The position numbers and the translations under genes were made by a program. The notes below the pieces were generated by a model. It had not been told where the DNA came from, searched no databases, and saw nothing but the letters and a program-made list of their open reading frames with translations. DNA of 64,000 nucleotides from an uncultured bacterium. Its GTDB lineage: Bacteria; Patescibacteriota; Patescibacteriia; Patescibacteriales; UBA12465. Of the stretch, positions 46,335 to 56,443 are shown in pieces. Positions within the stretch are counted from its first letter, which is position 1. The number at the start of each line of letters is the position of its first letter. The DNA is taken from the NCBI GenBank assembly GCA_903945435.1, contig CAJAVM010000008.1, forward strand, positions 3,812 through 67,811, in the 5' to 3' direction.

Positions 46335-48203
46335 ATGGCCCAGTCAATTTTGGAGGAAAGTAGAAAAGCAAAAAGAAGTTTTTGGAGATTTTTTTTAAAA
46401 AAGAAGTTTTTAATTATTACCGTTATTGTTTTAGCGGCTGCTGGTATTGGCTATTATGTTTATAGTAAGAATAACGCCGCTAAAGTTGTTACTGCTCAAC
46501 CAAAAAAATATACCGTTAATAAAGAAGATTTAAGAATTGCTGTTTCTGCGAGCGGAAAAGTAGTTGCTAAAGATGGCGTTGAATTATCTTTTCCGGTGAG
46601 CGGAAATTTAGAGGTGGATAATGTTTTAGTAAAAGAAGGAGATAAAGTTAAGAAGGGCGATAAAATTGCTTCCGTAAAAACTGAGACATTAGATTTCGAA
46701 TTAAGAAATGCTTACGCTAGTTATCAGTCAGCTTTAGCAAGTTTTAATACTAAACGCGAACCGGCAACAGCGAGCGATATTGCTAAAGGAAAAACAACTA
46801 TTGATCAGGCTCAAGTTTCTCTTGATCAAGCAAAGATAAGTTTAGAACAAACAAAAATAAATTCTGCTCAAAATATTTTAAACGCTCAAATTAATTTAGA
46901 AACGGCCAATGATAATTTACAGTTAAATAAAGATACTAGCGATAGCGAATTAGTACGTAGCACTTATTCGGACTTAGTTAGCTCTATAAAATCTATTAAT
47001 ATTTCTTTGCAAAAAATGTTACGAGATTCTGATAGTATTTTAGGAATAGATGAACAAGCTATTAATGATGAATTTGAATTAGGTCTCGGTGCTAAAAATA
47101 CTGCAGCTTTGTCTGAGGCGAGAAATAGTTATTTACGCGCTAAATCGCTACGAGAAAAATTTGATAGAGAAACTGTTACTTTAAATAGTAATAATGCTAG
47201 CAGTGTTGATAGTGTAGTGATTGATGCTAAAACTACCCTCGCCGCTTTTCAGGATCATTTTTATGATATGCAAACAATGCTCGATGCCAGCATTACTTTT
47301 GTTGGTCTTTCTCAAAGTAAGCTTGATAGTTTTAAATCAACAATTAGCTCTGATAGGTCGTCAGTAAATTCTTCTATTGCTAGCCTTGATAATTCGGTTC
47401 AAGCTATTACTGATTCGAAAAGTAGTTTAAAGAAATTTCAAACTGTTTATGATAAGGCGGTTCAAGATTTAGCAACAGTTAAAAGTCAGTCACAACAAAA
47501 TATTAGCAACTCAGAAATTTCAGTTAAGTCCCGCGAGATTTCTTTGACTCAGGCTAAGAATGATTACCAGGATTTGATTGCTCCAGTTAAGGAGTCTGAG
47601 TTAGCTTCTGCACGGTCTCAACTCACCTCCGCTTCAATTAACGTTGATAAAGCCAAATATAATTATAACCAAGCAACTTTAGTTTCCCCGATTGATGGCG
47701 TGATTGCGGCTTTGAATTATAAGAAAGGAGATATTATTATGGGCGATAGTACCGCTAAAGCGATGACTTCAATTATTAATAATAATACTTTATACATAGA
47801 GGCTAATATTGAAGAGGCTGATATTAGTAAATTAAAAGTTGGGGATAAAGCACGGGTTACTTTTGATGCAATGGATGGAGTTAATTTAGTCGGTGAAATA
47901 AGTTTTATTTCACTAACCTCAGAAACTAGTTCTAATGGGATAGTAACTTACCTGGTTAGAGTTTTATTATCTGATTTAGGAGGTAACCAAGTTAGAGAAG
48001 GGATGACCGCAACAATTGATTTTATTACCGCTGAAGCGAATGGCGTTCTCGCTGTTCCTGTTGCCGCCGTAAGAAATGTCGGCGGGAATCCTTCAGTCGA
48101 AATGTTAGATGGAAGTTTTGTAACCGTTGTAACTGGATTTACTGATGGCAAAAAAGCTGAAATTATTAATGGCCTAAAACAAGGAGACGTAATTCTTTAT
48201 TAG
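46335..48203 (+). CDS. HlyD/MacA-type periplasmic adaptor (membrane fusion protein) with long coiled coil
   Basis: 622 aa. N-terminal TM anchor, a lipoyl-like motif (K-E-G-D-K-V-K-K-G-D-K-I-A), an extended Q/S/L-rich coiled coil and C-terminal beta-barrel motifs. Confidence 0.8.
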   Translation: MAQSILEESRKAKRSFWRFFLKKKFLIITVIVLAAAGIGYYVYSKNNAAKVVTAQPKKYTVNKEDLRIAVSASGKVVAKDGVELSFPVSGNLEVDNVLVKEGDKVKKGDKIASVKTETLDFELRNAYASYQSALASFNTKREPATASDIAKGKTTIDQAQVSLDQAKISLEQTKINSAQNILNAQINLETANDNLQLNKDTSDSELVRSTYSDLVSSIKSINISLQKMLRDSDSILGIDEQAINDEFELGLGAKNTAALSEARNSYLRAKSLREKFDRETVTLNSNNASSVDSVVIDAKTTLAAFQDHFYDMQTMLDASITFVGLSQSKLDSFKSTISSDRSSVNSSIASLDNSVQAITDSKSSLKKFQTVYDKAVQDLATVKSQSQQNISNSEISVKSREISLTQAKNDYQDLIAPVKESELASARSQLTSASINVDKAKYNYNQATLVSPIDGVIAALNYKKGDIIMGDSTAKAMTSIINNNTLYIEANIEEADISKLKVGDKARVTFDAMDGVNLVGEISFISLTSETSSNGIVTYLVRVLLSDLGGNQVREGMTATIDFITAEANGVLAVPVAAVRNVGGNPSVEMLDGSFVTVVTGFTDGKKAEIINGLKQGDVILY

Positions 48204-48204
48204 T

Positions 48205-48912
48205 ATGAATAATTTTGCTATTAGAATGGAAGATGTTTATAAGTCCTACTATCTTTCTAATGGTGAGGAAATTCCAGTATTGAAGGGAATTAACTTAGAA
48301 ATTAAGAAGGGTGAATTTGTTGCGATTATGGGGGAGTCTGGCGGCGGGAAAACGACTTTGCTTAATGTGATTGGTTGTTTACATCCACTTAGCGCCGGAA
48401 AATATTTTTTAGATGATGAAGATATTGGTGAAGTAAGAGATGATTTTACGCTAGCCTATATTAGAAATAAAAAGATGGGTTTTATTTTTCAGCAGTTTAA
48501 TCTTTTTGCTCGTTTCTCGGCTTTAAAAAATGTTATCTTGCCGGCGATTTATGCAAAGACCCCGGCTTTAGAAAGAGAAGAAAAAGCGAGGACCTTGCTT
48601 GAATCAGTGGGTATGGAAGAACGAGTGAATCATAAACCAACTGAATTATCCGGCGGCCAACAACAGCGCGTCGCGATTTGTCGTGCTTTAATAAATAATC
48701 CAGAAATTATTTTAGCGGATGAACCAACGGGTGCACTGGATTCTAAATCGGGAATCGAGGTAATGGATATTTTTACAAAATTTAAAAATCAGGGGAAAAC
48801 TGTGATTATGGTTACTCATACTGCCGAGGTTGCTAAATATGCCGATAGAATTATTTATCTACGCGATGGCCAGGTTTTAGATAATAACTATAAACTTAAA
48901 AGTACTTATTAG
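48205..48912 (+). CDS. ABC transporter ATP-binding protein (MacB/LolD type)
   Basis: Walker [11 protein letters not shown], signature L-S-G-G-Q-Q-Q-R, Walker B I-I-L-A-D-E-P. Confidence 0.9.
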   Translation: MNNFAIRMEDVYKSYYLSNGEEIPVLKGINLEIKKGEFVAIMGESGGGKTTLLNVIGCLHPLSAGKYFLDDEDIGEVRDDFTLAYIRNKKMGFIFQQFNLFARFSALKNVILPAIYAKTPALEREEKARTLLESVGMEERVNHKPTELSGGQQQRVAICRALINNPEIILADEPTGALDSKSGIEVMDIFTKFKNQGKTVIMVTHTAEVAKYADRIIYLRDGQVLDNNYKLKSTY

Positions 48913-48923
48913 GATAGAAATCT

Positions 48924-50120
48924 ATGAATCTAGAGATAGTAAAAATGGCATTTGAGTCATTAACCGCTAAAAAAACTAGAACATTCTTATCAATGCTTGG
49001 TATTATTATTGGTGTTGCTACCGTGATTGCTGTTTTTGCGGTTGGTAAAGGGGCTCAAGATTCAGTTAGTTCTCAGTTTAGTAATTTAAGTGCCAATTCT
49101 ATTATTGTGATGCCAAATCGTGGTCGTAGTTTTACGAGTAGTTCTAAATTAACTACGGCTGATGCTGCAAAATTAATCGCCGCAGAACATATTGCTTCTT
49201 CGGCTGGAGCGATTCAGGGTAATTCAAGTGTGTCCTATGGTTCTGTAAGTAAAAATTATAGCGTTGTTGGCGCTGACCAAAATTTTGTAAGTATTTCTAA
49301 TCTTGTTGTTCAAAGTGGTCGTGGGATTGAAGAAGATGATATTTCCAGTAAGAGTGCGGTAGCATTAGTTGGGAGCACAGTAGTCGCTGATTTATTTGTT
49401 GGCGGCGAAAGTCCGATTGGTAACTCAATTACCATTAACGGTAAAAAACTCGAGGTAGTTGGTGTTTTAAAAAAATTAGGCTCAAGAGTCGGCATGATTT
49501 CAATTGATGAGTCGGTTATTATCCCTAGTAGCACCGCTGAAAAAAGTGTTTTAGGTGATAGGGGGCAGGTTATAATTATGACAACGGTTGATAATGTAAG
49601 TAATACGAATGCCGCTACAACTAGTATCACGGCAATTTTAAGAGCTGAACATAAATTAAAAGTTAGCCAAGAAGATGATTTTAGAATTATGGATGCGGGA
49701 AGTATGATTTCGGCCGCTCAAGAATCAGCTCAAACATTAACCGCCTTATTAACAGCGATTGCTGCAATTACTCTTTTAGTTTCCGGGATTGGAATTATGA
49801 ATGTTATGTTCGTTACTGTTGCTGAGAGAACTAAGGAAATTGGTATTGCGAAAGCAATCGGTGGAAAGCGAGCGGATATTTTAAGTCAGTTTTTATTAGA
49901 ATCAATTATTTTATCTATGGCCGGCGGTATAATTGGGATGATAATTGGCCAAGGGGCCATTCCAATTATTACTTATTTTAATTTAATTTCGATGACTAGT
50001 TCGGCAACGGGACCGATTCTTGGTTTTACCTTTTCGGTTCTGGTCGGTGTATTTTTTGGCTTTTATCCAGCCTATAAAGCTAGCCGCTTAGACCCAGTTG
50101 ATGCTTTGCGTAGTGAATAG
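48924..50120 (+). CDS. ABC transporter permease (MacB/FtsX-like)
   Basis: 398 aa with one N-terminal TM, a large extracytoplasmic domain and a C-terminal FtsX-type 3-TM bundle. Confidence 0.85.
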   Translation: MNLEIVKMAFESLTAKKTRTFLSMLGIIIGVATVIAVFAVGKGAQDSVSSQFSNLSANSIIVMPNRGRSFTSSSKLTTADAAKLIAAEHIASSAGAIQGNSSVSYGSVSKNYSVVGADQNFVSISNLVVQSGRGIEEDDISSKSAVALVGSTVVADLFVGGESPIGNSITINGKKLEVVGVLKKLGSRVGMISIDESVIIPSSTAEKSVLGDRGQVIIMTTVDNVSNTNAATTSITAILRAEHKLKVSQEDDFRIMDAGSMISAAQESAQTLTALLTAIAAITLLVSGIGIMNVMFVTVAERTKEIGIAKAIGGKRADILSQFLLESIILSMAGGIIGMIIGQGAIPIITYFNLISMTSSATGPILGFTFSVLVGVFFGFYPAYKASRLDPVDALRSE

Positions 50121-50130
50121 GGCATAATAA

Positions 50131-50139
50131 TGGTATAAT
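50131..50139 (+). promoter_or_regulatory. Extended -10 element (TGgTATAAT)
   Basis: tggtataat sits 30 nt upstream of the 50169 start. Confidence 0.45.
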
Positions 50140-50168
50140 TTAGGTCTAAATATCCTTATTTAATATAT

Positions 50169-51191
50169 ATGCCAAATAAACTTAAAGTCGCATTTTTCGA
50201 ATTAGAAAAATGGGAGGAAAAATATATTCTTAATCATTTGGGTAGCGATAAATCTTTATCATTAAAGTTTCATAATACTCCGGTTAAGAAAAACTCTAAG
50301 AGTTTAAATGAGGTTGATATTTTATCAGCCTTTATTTATTCCCCGATTGATAAAGAGGCGTTAGTAAAACTACCGAAATTAAAAATGATTGCGACGATGT
50401 CGACCGGCTTTGATCATATTGATTTAGAGGCTTGTGAAAAAAGAAATATAAAAGTGAGTAATGTTCCGTTTTACGGAGAGGACACGGTTGCAGAACACAC
50501 CCTAGCCTTGCTACTAGCTTTATCGCGTAAATTAATTCCTTCGATTGGGAGAGCTCGAGTTGGAAACTTTTCTTTAGATGGTTTGCGTGGGTTTGATTTA
50601 AAAGATAAAACTATTGGCTTAGTTGGTTTAGGTCATATCGGCGCAAAATTTGCTGGTTTAGTTTCAAGTTTAGGAATGAAGATATTAGTTCATGATTTAA
50701 AGCCGAATAAAATTTTAGAAAAATCGCTTGGACTTAAGTATGTTCCCTTAAATTATTTGCTAGCTAATTCTGATATTATCAGTCTGCACGTTCCTTATAA
50801 TAAGGGGACACACCATTTAATAAATCATGATAATATTAAATTAATAAAGAAGGGTGCTTACTTAATCAATACTTCTCGTGGTGGTTTAGTAGAGTCTTCG
50901 GCTTTATTAAAAGCACTTAATAAGGGAATTTTGGCTGGCGCGGGCTTGGACGTACTGGAAGAGGAGGGTTTTATTAAAGAAGAAAAAGAACTTTTATCAA
51001 AAACGTTTAATAGCAAAATTGATTTAACAACGGTTTTGCGCAATCATCTTTTATTGCAAAATCCTAAAGTTATTATTACTCCGCATAATGCTTTCAACTC
51101 ACAAGAAGCTTTAATGAGAATTCTTGATACGACTATCGAAAATATTTTAGCTTACAAGAAAAATAAGCCGATTAATCTAGTTTCTAAATAG
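50169..51191 (+). CDS. D-isomer-specific 2-hydroxyacid dehydrogenase (D-lactate dehydrogenase-like)
   Basis: 340 aa. NAD-binding G-L-V-G-L-G-H-I-G, a catalytic-domain pattern (N-T-S-R-G-G-L-V; G-L-D-V-L-E-E-E) and T-P-H-N-A-F. Confidence 0.8.
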   Translation: MPNKLKVAFFELEKWEEKYILNHLGSDKSLSLKFHNTPVKKNSKSLNEVDILSAFIYSPIDKEALVKLPKLKMIATMSTGFDHIDLEACEKRNIKVSNVPFYGEDTVAEHTLALLLALSRKLIPSIGRARVGNFSLDGLRGFDLKDKTIGLVGLGHIGAKFAGLVSSLGMKILVHDLKPNKILEKSLGLKYVPLNYLLANSDIISLHVPYNKGTHHLINHDNIKLIKKGAYLINTSRGGLVESSALLKALNKGILAGAGLDVLEEEGFIKEEKELLSKTFNSKIDLTTVLRNHLLLQNPKVIITPHNAFNSQEALMRILDTTIENILAYKKNKPINLVSK

Positions 51192-51285
51192 ATAGAAGGC
51201 GATGATTTTGGTTTTGAAGCTGATATTGAAAAAATATTGTTTTTATATTAATATGACTTCATTAGTTTAATAAGTAATCAAATAT

Positions 51286-52680
51286 ATGGCTTATACAGAC
51301 ATTAAGTCCCTACATCGAGAAACTGCGAAATACCTAGGAAAGGAAGTTAAAGTTGGCGCTTGGGTAAGAACAGTTAGAAGTTCTAAGGATTTTGGCTTCA
51401 TCGAAGTTAATGATGGGACCTTTTTTAAAGGTTTACAAGTCGTTTTTGATAATACTTTGGAAAATTTTGCGGAAATTGAAAAACTAACAATCGGCTCCGC
51501 CTTAGAAGTAAATGGTATTTTATCCGAATCTCCAGCCGCCGGTCAGGCTTTTGAGCTTAAAGCGAGTAAAATTGAAATTATTAATTTAGCCGCCGCTGAT
51601 TATCCTCTCCAAAAAAAGAGTCATAGTTTTGAGTTCTTAAGAACAATCGCTCATTTACGCGGACGCAGTAATACTTTCTCAGCTGTTTTTCGTTTACGTT
51701 CGGCTTTAAGTTTTGCAATTCATAAATTTTTTCAAGAAGAAGGCTTTTCTTATATTCATACTCCAATAATTTCCGGAAGTGATTGTGAGGGCGCAGGAGA
51801 GATGTTTAACATCACGACTTTTGATATAAAAAAAGGAGCACCAAAATTAGAGAACGGCGAAGTTGATTATACTCAAGATTTCTTCGGAAAAAAAGTTGGC
51901 CTAACAGTTAGCGGCCAGCTTGAAGCCGAGGCGCTAGTTATGGGTTTAAATCGTGTTTATACTTTTGGCCCTACTTTTAGAGCAGAAAATTCTAATACTA
52001 CTCGTCATGCTTGTGAATTCTGGATGATGGAACCAGAAATGGCTTTTGCTGATTTAAATGACGATATGGATTTAGCTGAGAAGATGATTAAATATTTAAT
52101 TAGTTATATCTTGAAAGAATTACCAGAAGAAATGGAATTCTTTAACAAGTTTATTGATACTGGTTTAATGGAAAAATTAAATAATATTTTAAATTCAGAT
52201 TTTGTTCGTCTTCCTTATACAGAAGCAATTGATTTATTAATTAAGAGTGGTGAAAAATTTGCTTATCCAGTTGCTTGGGGAATTGATTTGCAGACCGAAC
52301 ACGAACGTTATATTACCGAGAAAATTTTTGGTAAACCAGTTTTCTTAACTGATTATCCTAAGGATATCAAGGCTTTTTATATGCGTCAGAACGATGATGG
52401 AAAAACTGTGGCCGCAATGGATTTACTTGTTCCAGGAATCGGAGAAATTATTGGTGGTAGCCAGAGAGAAGAACGCCTTGAGGTTTTAGAAAACAGAATT
52501 AAGGAATTAAACATGAATCCTGAAGATTATAATTGGTATCTAGATACTAGAAAATATGGCGCTATGAAACACGCCGGTTTTGGGTTAGGATTTGAAAGGG
52601 CAATTATGTATTTTTCCGGGATGGCTAATATCCGCGACGTAATTCCTTTCCCAAGAACACCAAAAAATGCAGAATTTTAA
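51286..52680 (+). CDS. asnS: Asparaginyl-tRNA synthetase
   Basis: 464 aa. Class IIb motifs including [24 protein letters not shown] and G-F-G-L-G-F-E-R. Confidence 0.9.
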   Translation: MAYTDIKSLHRETAKYLGKEVKVGAWVRTVRSSKDFGFIEVNDGTFFKGLQVVFDNTLENFAEIEKLTIGSALEVNGILSESPAAGQAFELKASKIEIINLAAADYPLQKKSHSFEFLRTIAHLRGRSNTFSAVFRLRSALSFAIHKFFQEEGFSYIHTPIISGSDCEGAGEMFNITTFDIKKGAPKLENGEVDYTQDFFGKKVGLTVSGQLEAEALVMGLNRVYTFGPTFRAENSNTTRHACEFWMMEPEMAFADLNDDMDLAEKMIKYLISYILKELPEEMEFFNKFIDTGLMEKLNNILNSDFVRLPYTEAIDLLIKSGEKFAYPVAWGIDLQTEHERYITEKIFGKPVFLTDYPKDIKAFYMRQNDDGKTVAAMDLLVPGIGEIIGGSQREERLEVLENRIKELNMNPEDYNWYLDTRKYGAMKHAGFGLGFERAIMYFSGMANIRDVIPFPRTPKNAEF

Positions 52681-52720
52681 ATTTATATATTGTTGAACTT
52701 TAACAGAAGGAGGATTAATC

Positions 52721-53050
52721 ATGGGTGAGATAATCACGTATTGGTTTGTGGAGCCGGAAGATGCTCACACAAACGAAGTTATTGCTAAGAGCTTATTAGC
52801 CCTTTCGCAGCTGGATGAAAATGTGTCTTTAGAAGATAATGAAGGTAATCGACATTCGGTTTTCCGGGTAGAGAGTTATGCTTTTGTTACTCGCCTATAT
52901 AAAGATACAACTAAATTTCATTTGAAATTTAAAGTTTTTTCTCAGCAAGGGAAGAATGCTAAGCTGCGCCTTTGGACTCTGGGGACTAAAAAGCTAGTTC
53001 TGAAACTTAAAGAAAAAGTAACTTTGGAAACGAAGTTAGCCGTTAAGTAG
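52721..53050 (+). CDS. Small hypothetical protein (109 aa)
   Basis: Preceded by a perfect AGGAGG 8 nt upstream of the ATG and followed by a terminator. No motif recognised. Confidence 0.6.
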   Translation: MGEIITYWFVEPEDAHTNEVIAKSLLALSQLDENVSLEDNEGNRHSVFRVESYAFVTRLYKDTTKFHLKFKVFSQQGKNAKLRLWTLGTKKLVLKLKEKVTLETKLAVK

Positions 53051-53078
53051 AAATTTAATGGAGTTGTAATCATTGAAC

Positions 53079-53106
53079 CAAGAGGTCTAATCGGACCTCT
53101 TTTTTG
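53079..53106 (+). terminator. Rho-independent terminator
   Basis: agaggtc (53081-53087), 6-nt loop, gacctct (53094-53100), T-run. Confidence 0.7.
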
Positions 53107-53169
53107 TTTTTATAGCTATTTTCTGTTAAAATTTTAATATATTAAGCATCCCCTAATATTATTAATTAT

Positions 53170-54048
53170 ATGGAAGCCAAGGTTATTAAAATTGTTACCC
53201 CTAAAAACATTGCGCTGCACGGATTTATTTTTGGGCCCAAGCGTGCAAAAACTATTTATATTTTTTTTCATGGCCTAAGCGGAAATCTTTTCTCACGTAT
53301 TAAGTTAGTAGAAAAGATGGCGGTTGATGGTGCAGCAGCGATGGTTTTTGATAATCGCGGCCATGGTTTGATAAATAAATTTCGCAAAATTAATCCTAAA
53401 AATCCTGAAGAATATGAAACGGTAGTTATAGGTCAAGTTCATGAAGTTTTTGAAGATTGTGTTGATGATATTGATGGTACAATTAAGGTTGCTCTAGAGC
53501 AAGGATATAAAAAAATTATTTTAGTTGGGCATTCGACTGGTTGTAATAAAATTTCTTATTACTTATCTAAAAAATCTCCAGCAGCTGTTGAGGGTGCTGT
53601 TCTACTTGCGCCGATGAGTGATTATGCTGATACGAAAAAATTTACTGACCCGAAAGTTTTAGCAAAGGCAACGCTAGCGGCGCGTAATTTAGTAAAAGCC
53701 GGTAAGCCACATGAATTATTACCTAAAAATCTTTGGCCAAATTTAGTTGATGCCCAACGATTTTTGAGTTTGTTTACTCCAGAAAGCAAAGAAGAAATTT
53801 TCAGTTATGCGGTTCCCACTAAGAAACCGAGCGTAATGTTAAAAATTCAAAAACCATTATTAGTTATTTTAGCCGGCGAAGATCAATTTACAGATAGACC
53901 GATGATAGAAATTTTTACTTGGTTTAAAAAAGTTTTAGCTAACCAAGCGGCTGAGGTTTTGATGATAAAAAAATCGCTTCATAGTTTTTCAGGCCACGAA
54001 ACGAAGATGAAGAAAATTATTTTTGATTGGATGAAGAGTTTGCGCTAA
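53170..54048 (+). CDS. Alpha/beta-fold hydrolase
   Basis: 292 aa. F-F-H-G-L-S-G-N (oxyanion region) and the nucleophile elbow V-G-H-S-T-G. Confidence 0.7.
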   Translation: MEAKVIKIVTPKNIALHGFIFGPKRAKTIYIFFHGLSGNLFSRIKLVEKMAVDGAAAMVFDNRGHGLINKFRKINPKNPEEYETVVIGQVHEVFEDCVDDIDGTIKVALEQGYKKIILVGHSTGCNKISYYLSKKSPAAVEGAVLLAPMSDYADTKKFTDPKVLAKATLAARNLVKAGKPHELLPKNLWPNLVDAQRFLSLFTPESKEEIFSYAVPTKKPSVMLKIQKPLLVILAGEDQFTDRPMIEIFTWFKKVLANQAAEVLMIKKSLHSFSGHETKMKKIIFDWMKSLR

Positions 54049-54049
54049 T

Positions 54050-54556
54050 CTATTCTATTTCCAAAATTTTATAATAAACCTCCTTGTTAGCGAGGTTTAT
54101 TTTTATAGTTTCATTTTTTTGACGCGATAATAGAGCGGAGCCTAGCGGCGAAGAATGTGAAATAGTCCCATTTCCAGGATTAGTTTCCGTTGAACCTAAA
54201 ATTTGATAAGTTTTTATTTTTCCGTTTTCTTGATTTTCAATAGTTACCTTACTTCCTAGTTGTACGGTATTGCTATTTTTAATTGGTCGAATAATTTCCG
54301 CTTTTCCAAGTAAATCTTCCATTTCTAAAATACGCTGATTTAATCCGCGTAAACGTCCTTTAGCAATTTGATAGCCGGTATTTTCCGAAAAGTCGCCCAT
54401 AAGTGCTAAACGTTTTACCTCTTCTGCTTCCCGAGGACGTTTCACTTCTTTCATGAACTTAACTTTTTTTTGTAATTCGTAGTATTTTTCTTCGGTCATC
54501 GCCGGGTCTACTTTAGTAAACATCCGTGCATCACCTTTTCTGATTGGTACTTGCAT
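54050..54556 (-). CDS. greA: Transcription elongation factor GreA
   Basis: 168 aa. G-D-F-S-E-N-T-G-Y-Q-I-A-K in the coiled-coil tip region, plus a C-terminal FKBP-like domain. AGGAG lies 9-10 nt upstream of the start. Confidence 0.88.
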   Translation of the reverse strand: MQVPIRKGDARMFTKVDPAMTEEKYYELQKKVKFMKEVKRPREAEEVKRLALMGDFSENTGYQIAKGRLRGLNQRILEMEDLLGKAEIIRPIKNSNTVQLGSKVTIENQENGKIKTYQILGSTETNPGNGTISHSSPLGSALLSRQKNETIKINLANKEVYYKILEIE

Positions 54557-54638
54557 ATAATTCTTCTCCTATCATAGTAAAAAAAGAGCCTTTTAGCAAG
54601 AAAAAAAGCCCGGTTTTTAGGCGGACCTTTTCTAAAAG

Positions 54639-55658
54639 TTAAGTAGTATTTGTTTTTGCTGAAAAATTTAATACCTCTTTTTCTAAAATTTTTAGAAGTA
54701 ATTCGGTATTACCTGCGAGCTCCTTGTAGGATTCTTTATATTTCTCAAGAATCTTAACGATAGGAATTTTTTTGGAATCGGCATTAATCATTTTATTGCC
54801 ATTTACAACGTAAGAGATTACTGCTAACCATGGAAATTTTTTCTTTCCATAGTCCAAAATATCATCCAAGCTTATAAAAGGATTGATTTCTCCTAAATCA
54901 AGATAACCAATCGGACGGCCAGCAGATTTAGCATTCAAGAAAGAAGCGTGATTATCAATAAAGCATTTTTTCACCCTATCTTCATACTCGAATGCTTCGT
55001 CGACTTCATAAAGAATGTTATCGAGTTCGGGATAATTTTCACCGTAGATTAACTCTTTGACAGAGAGTTGAAAATCTTGGAGATAATAATTCGTCCAGTT
55101 CAGATTATTTTCATCCTGGGTAGTTCCGGCTGATAGGATAGTTAAGTATCGGTTCGCAAGCTTGTTAGTAAAATCAACTTTATCGACAGCACGAGCCGCT
55201 TCTATCCATTCATTTGAAACTTCGCACCCGAGTTCTTGTAGGATATCCAAATATTCTCGATTAGGAAATACCTTAATTTTTTTTGGGTATTCGCTAATGT
55301 AGTGCAGGATTCCTTTGTTCCATTCGTGGTTATCAAACCATAATTTGATTCTGTTTTTGTGTGTTTCAAAAAACTTAACCAAATTTACACAGTCCTCTTT
55401 ATTTTCGGGGTAGATTCCAAAAAGATAAATTTTTTCTTCTTGAAATAGTAGTATCGGGTCATCTAACAAACCTTCTTCGGCTCGGGCATCTAAGATTTTC
55501 TCTTTTTGCTGGTTCATAAATTCTTCAAGTTGATATTCATTGATTTCATCGGGAGTTACCGGATTCATAATTATCAACTCATTAGATCTACTTTTTAAAA
55601 CAGCGGCAATGGAGAAGATTAAATCCCATTGATTTGGATTGAAAAAAATTTTAATCAT
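54639..55658 (-). CDS. Hypothetical protein (339 aa), no confident family
   Basis: Long uninterrupted ORF with acidic, soluble-looking composition. The N-terminal I-K-I-F-F-N-P-N-Q-W-D and later F-D-N-H-E-W only weakly recall degenerate DHH motifs. Confidence 0.55.
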   Translation of the reverse strand: MIKIFFNPNQWDLIFSIAAVLKSRSNELIIMNPVTPDEINEYQLEEFMNQQKEKILDARAEEGLLDDPILLFQEEKIYLFGIYPENKEDCVNLVKFFETHKNRIKLWFDNHEWNKGILHYISEYPKKIKVFPNREYLDILQELGCEVSNEWIEAARAVDKVDFTNKLANRYLTILSAGTTQDENNLNWTNYYLQDFQLSVKELIYGENYPELDNILYEVDEAFEYEDRVKKCFIDNHASFLNAKSAGRPIGYLDLGEINPFISLDDILDYGKKKFPWLAVISYVVNGNKMINADSKKIPIVKILEKYKESYKELAGNTELLLKILEKEVLNFSAKTNTT

Positions 55659-55857
55659 GATTATGGATTTAAGTGGTGAATTTTTAAAGTTCTTTTATTT
55701 TTGAGCCATTTTTGTCCAGGCTTAAGCTAAATTTACAATTTTTATGGCTAAAAGTCAAATTTTCTGCTATATTAACAGCATTCCCACTATTATTTTAGAT
55801 AAATGAAGAAAAATCGTTTATTATCGTATTAAAAAATAACGGCCTTGTGTTTTGTTT

Positions 55858-56439
55858 ATGATAACTAACTTAGACTTAGAAGAAAAAACCGACGAAGAAT
55901 TAGTAATTATCATTCTGGAAAATCAGAATGCTTTTTCTCTTGTTGTTGATAGGTATAAAGATAAGCTTTTGCGTTATATACGTCGTATTTCTAGCGTTAG
56001 TGTAGAGGAGTCTGAAGATATGCTACAAAATATTTTTATTAAAGTTTATCTTAATCTTAATGAATTTGATGATAGTTTAAAATTTTCTTCTTGGGTATAT
56101 CGTATTGCTCATAACGAAGTAATCGATAATTATCGTAAGCGTAAATCTCGTCCGCAGTTAATGGATGTAGATATTAAAGATAGTTACGTGAAAGAGCTCG
56201 CGGGCGATACTAATATTCTTGAAGAATTATCACGTGAAGAATTGAAGTGTGAAATTTCTGAGGCGATAAATAAGTTAGATTTAAAATTCCAAGAAATTAT
56301 AATTTTAAAATATATTGAAGAAAAAGATTATCAGGAAATATCTGATATTATTAAGAAGCCGCTCGGTACGGTTGCCTCAAGAATGAATAAGGCAAAAGCG
56401 GAATTAAAAAAAGTTTTAGTTCACAAAAATTTTAGTTAA
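55858..56439 (+). CDS. ECF-type RNA polymerase sigma-70 family factor
   Basis: Region 2 (F-S-S-W-V-Y-R-I-A-H-N-E-V-I-D-N-Y-R-K-R) and region 4 (Y-Q-E-I-S-D-I-I-K-K-P-L-G-T-V-A-S-R-M-N-K-A-K). The ORF track starts at TTG 55852; ATG 55858 is preferred. Confidence 0.85.
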   Translation: MITNLDLEEKTDEELVIIILENQNAFSLVVDRYKDKLLRYIRRISSVSVEESEDMLQNIFIKVYLNLNEFDDSLKFSSWVYRIAHNEVIDNYRKRKSRPQLMDVDIKDSYVKELAGDTNILEELSREELKCEISEAINKLDLKFQEIIILKYIEEKDYQEISDIIKKPLGTVASRMNKAKAELKKVLVHKNFS

Positions 56440-56443
56440 AAAT

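Noticed and set aside
55803-55832. 9-codon mini-ORF (M-K-K-N-R-L-L-S-Y) in the 193-nt region upstream of the ECF sigma gene as a leader peptide
   Set aside because: It is too short and lacks an SD or any conserved features. It cannot be told apart from chance in AT-rich DNA without comparative data.
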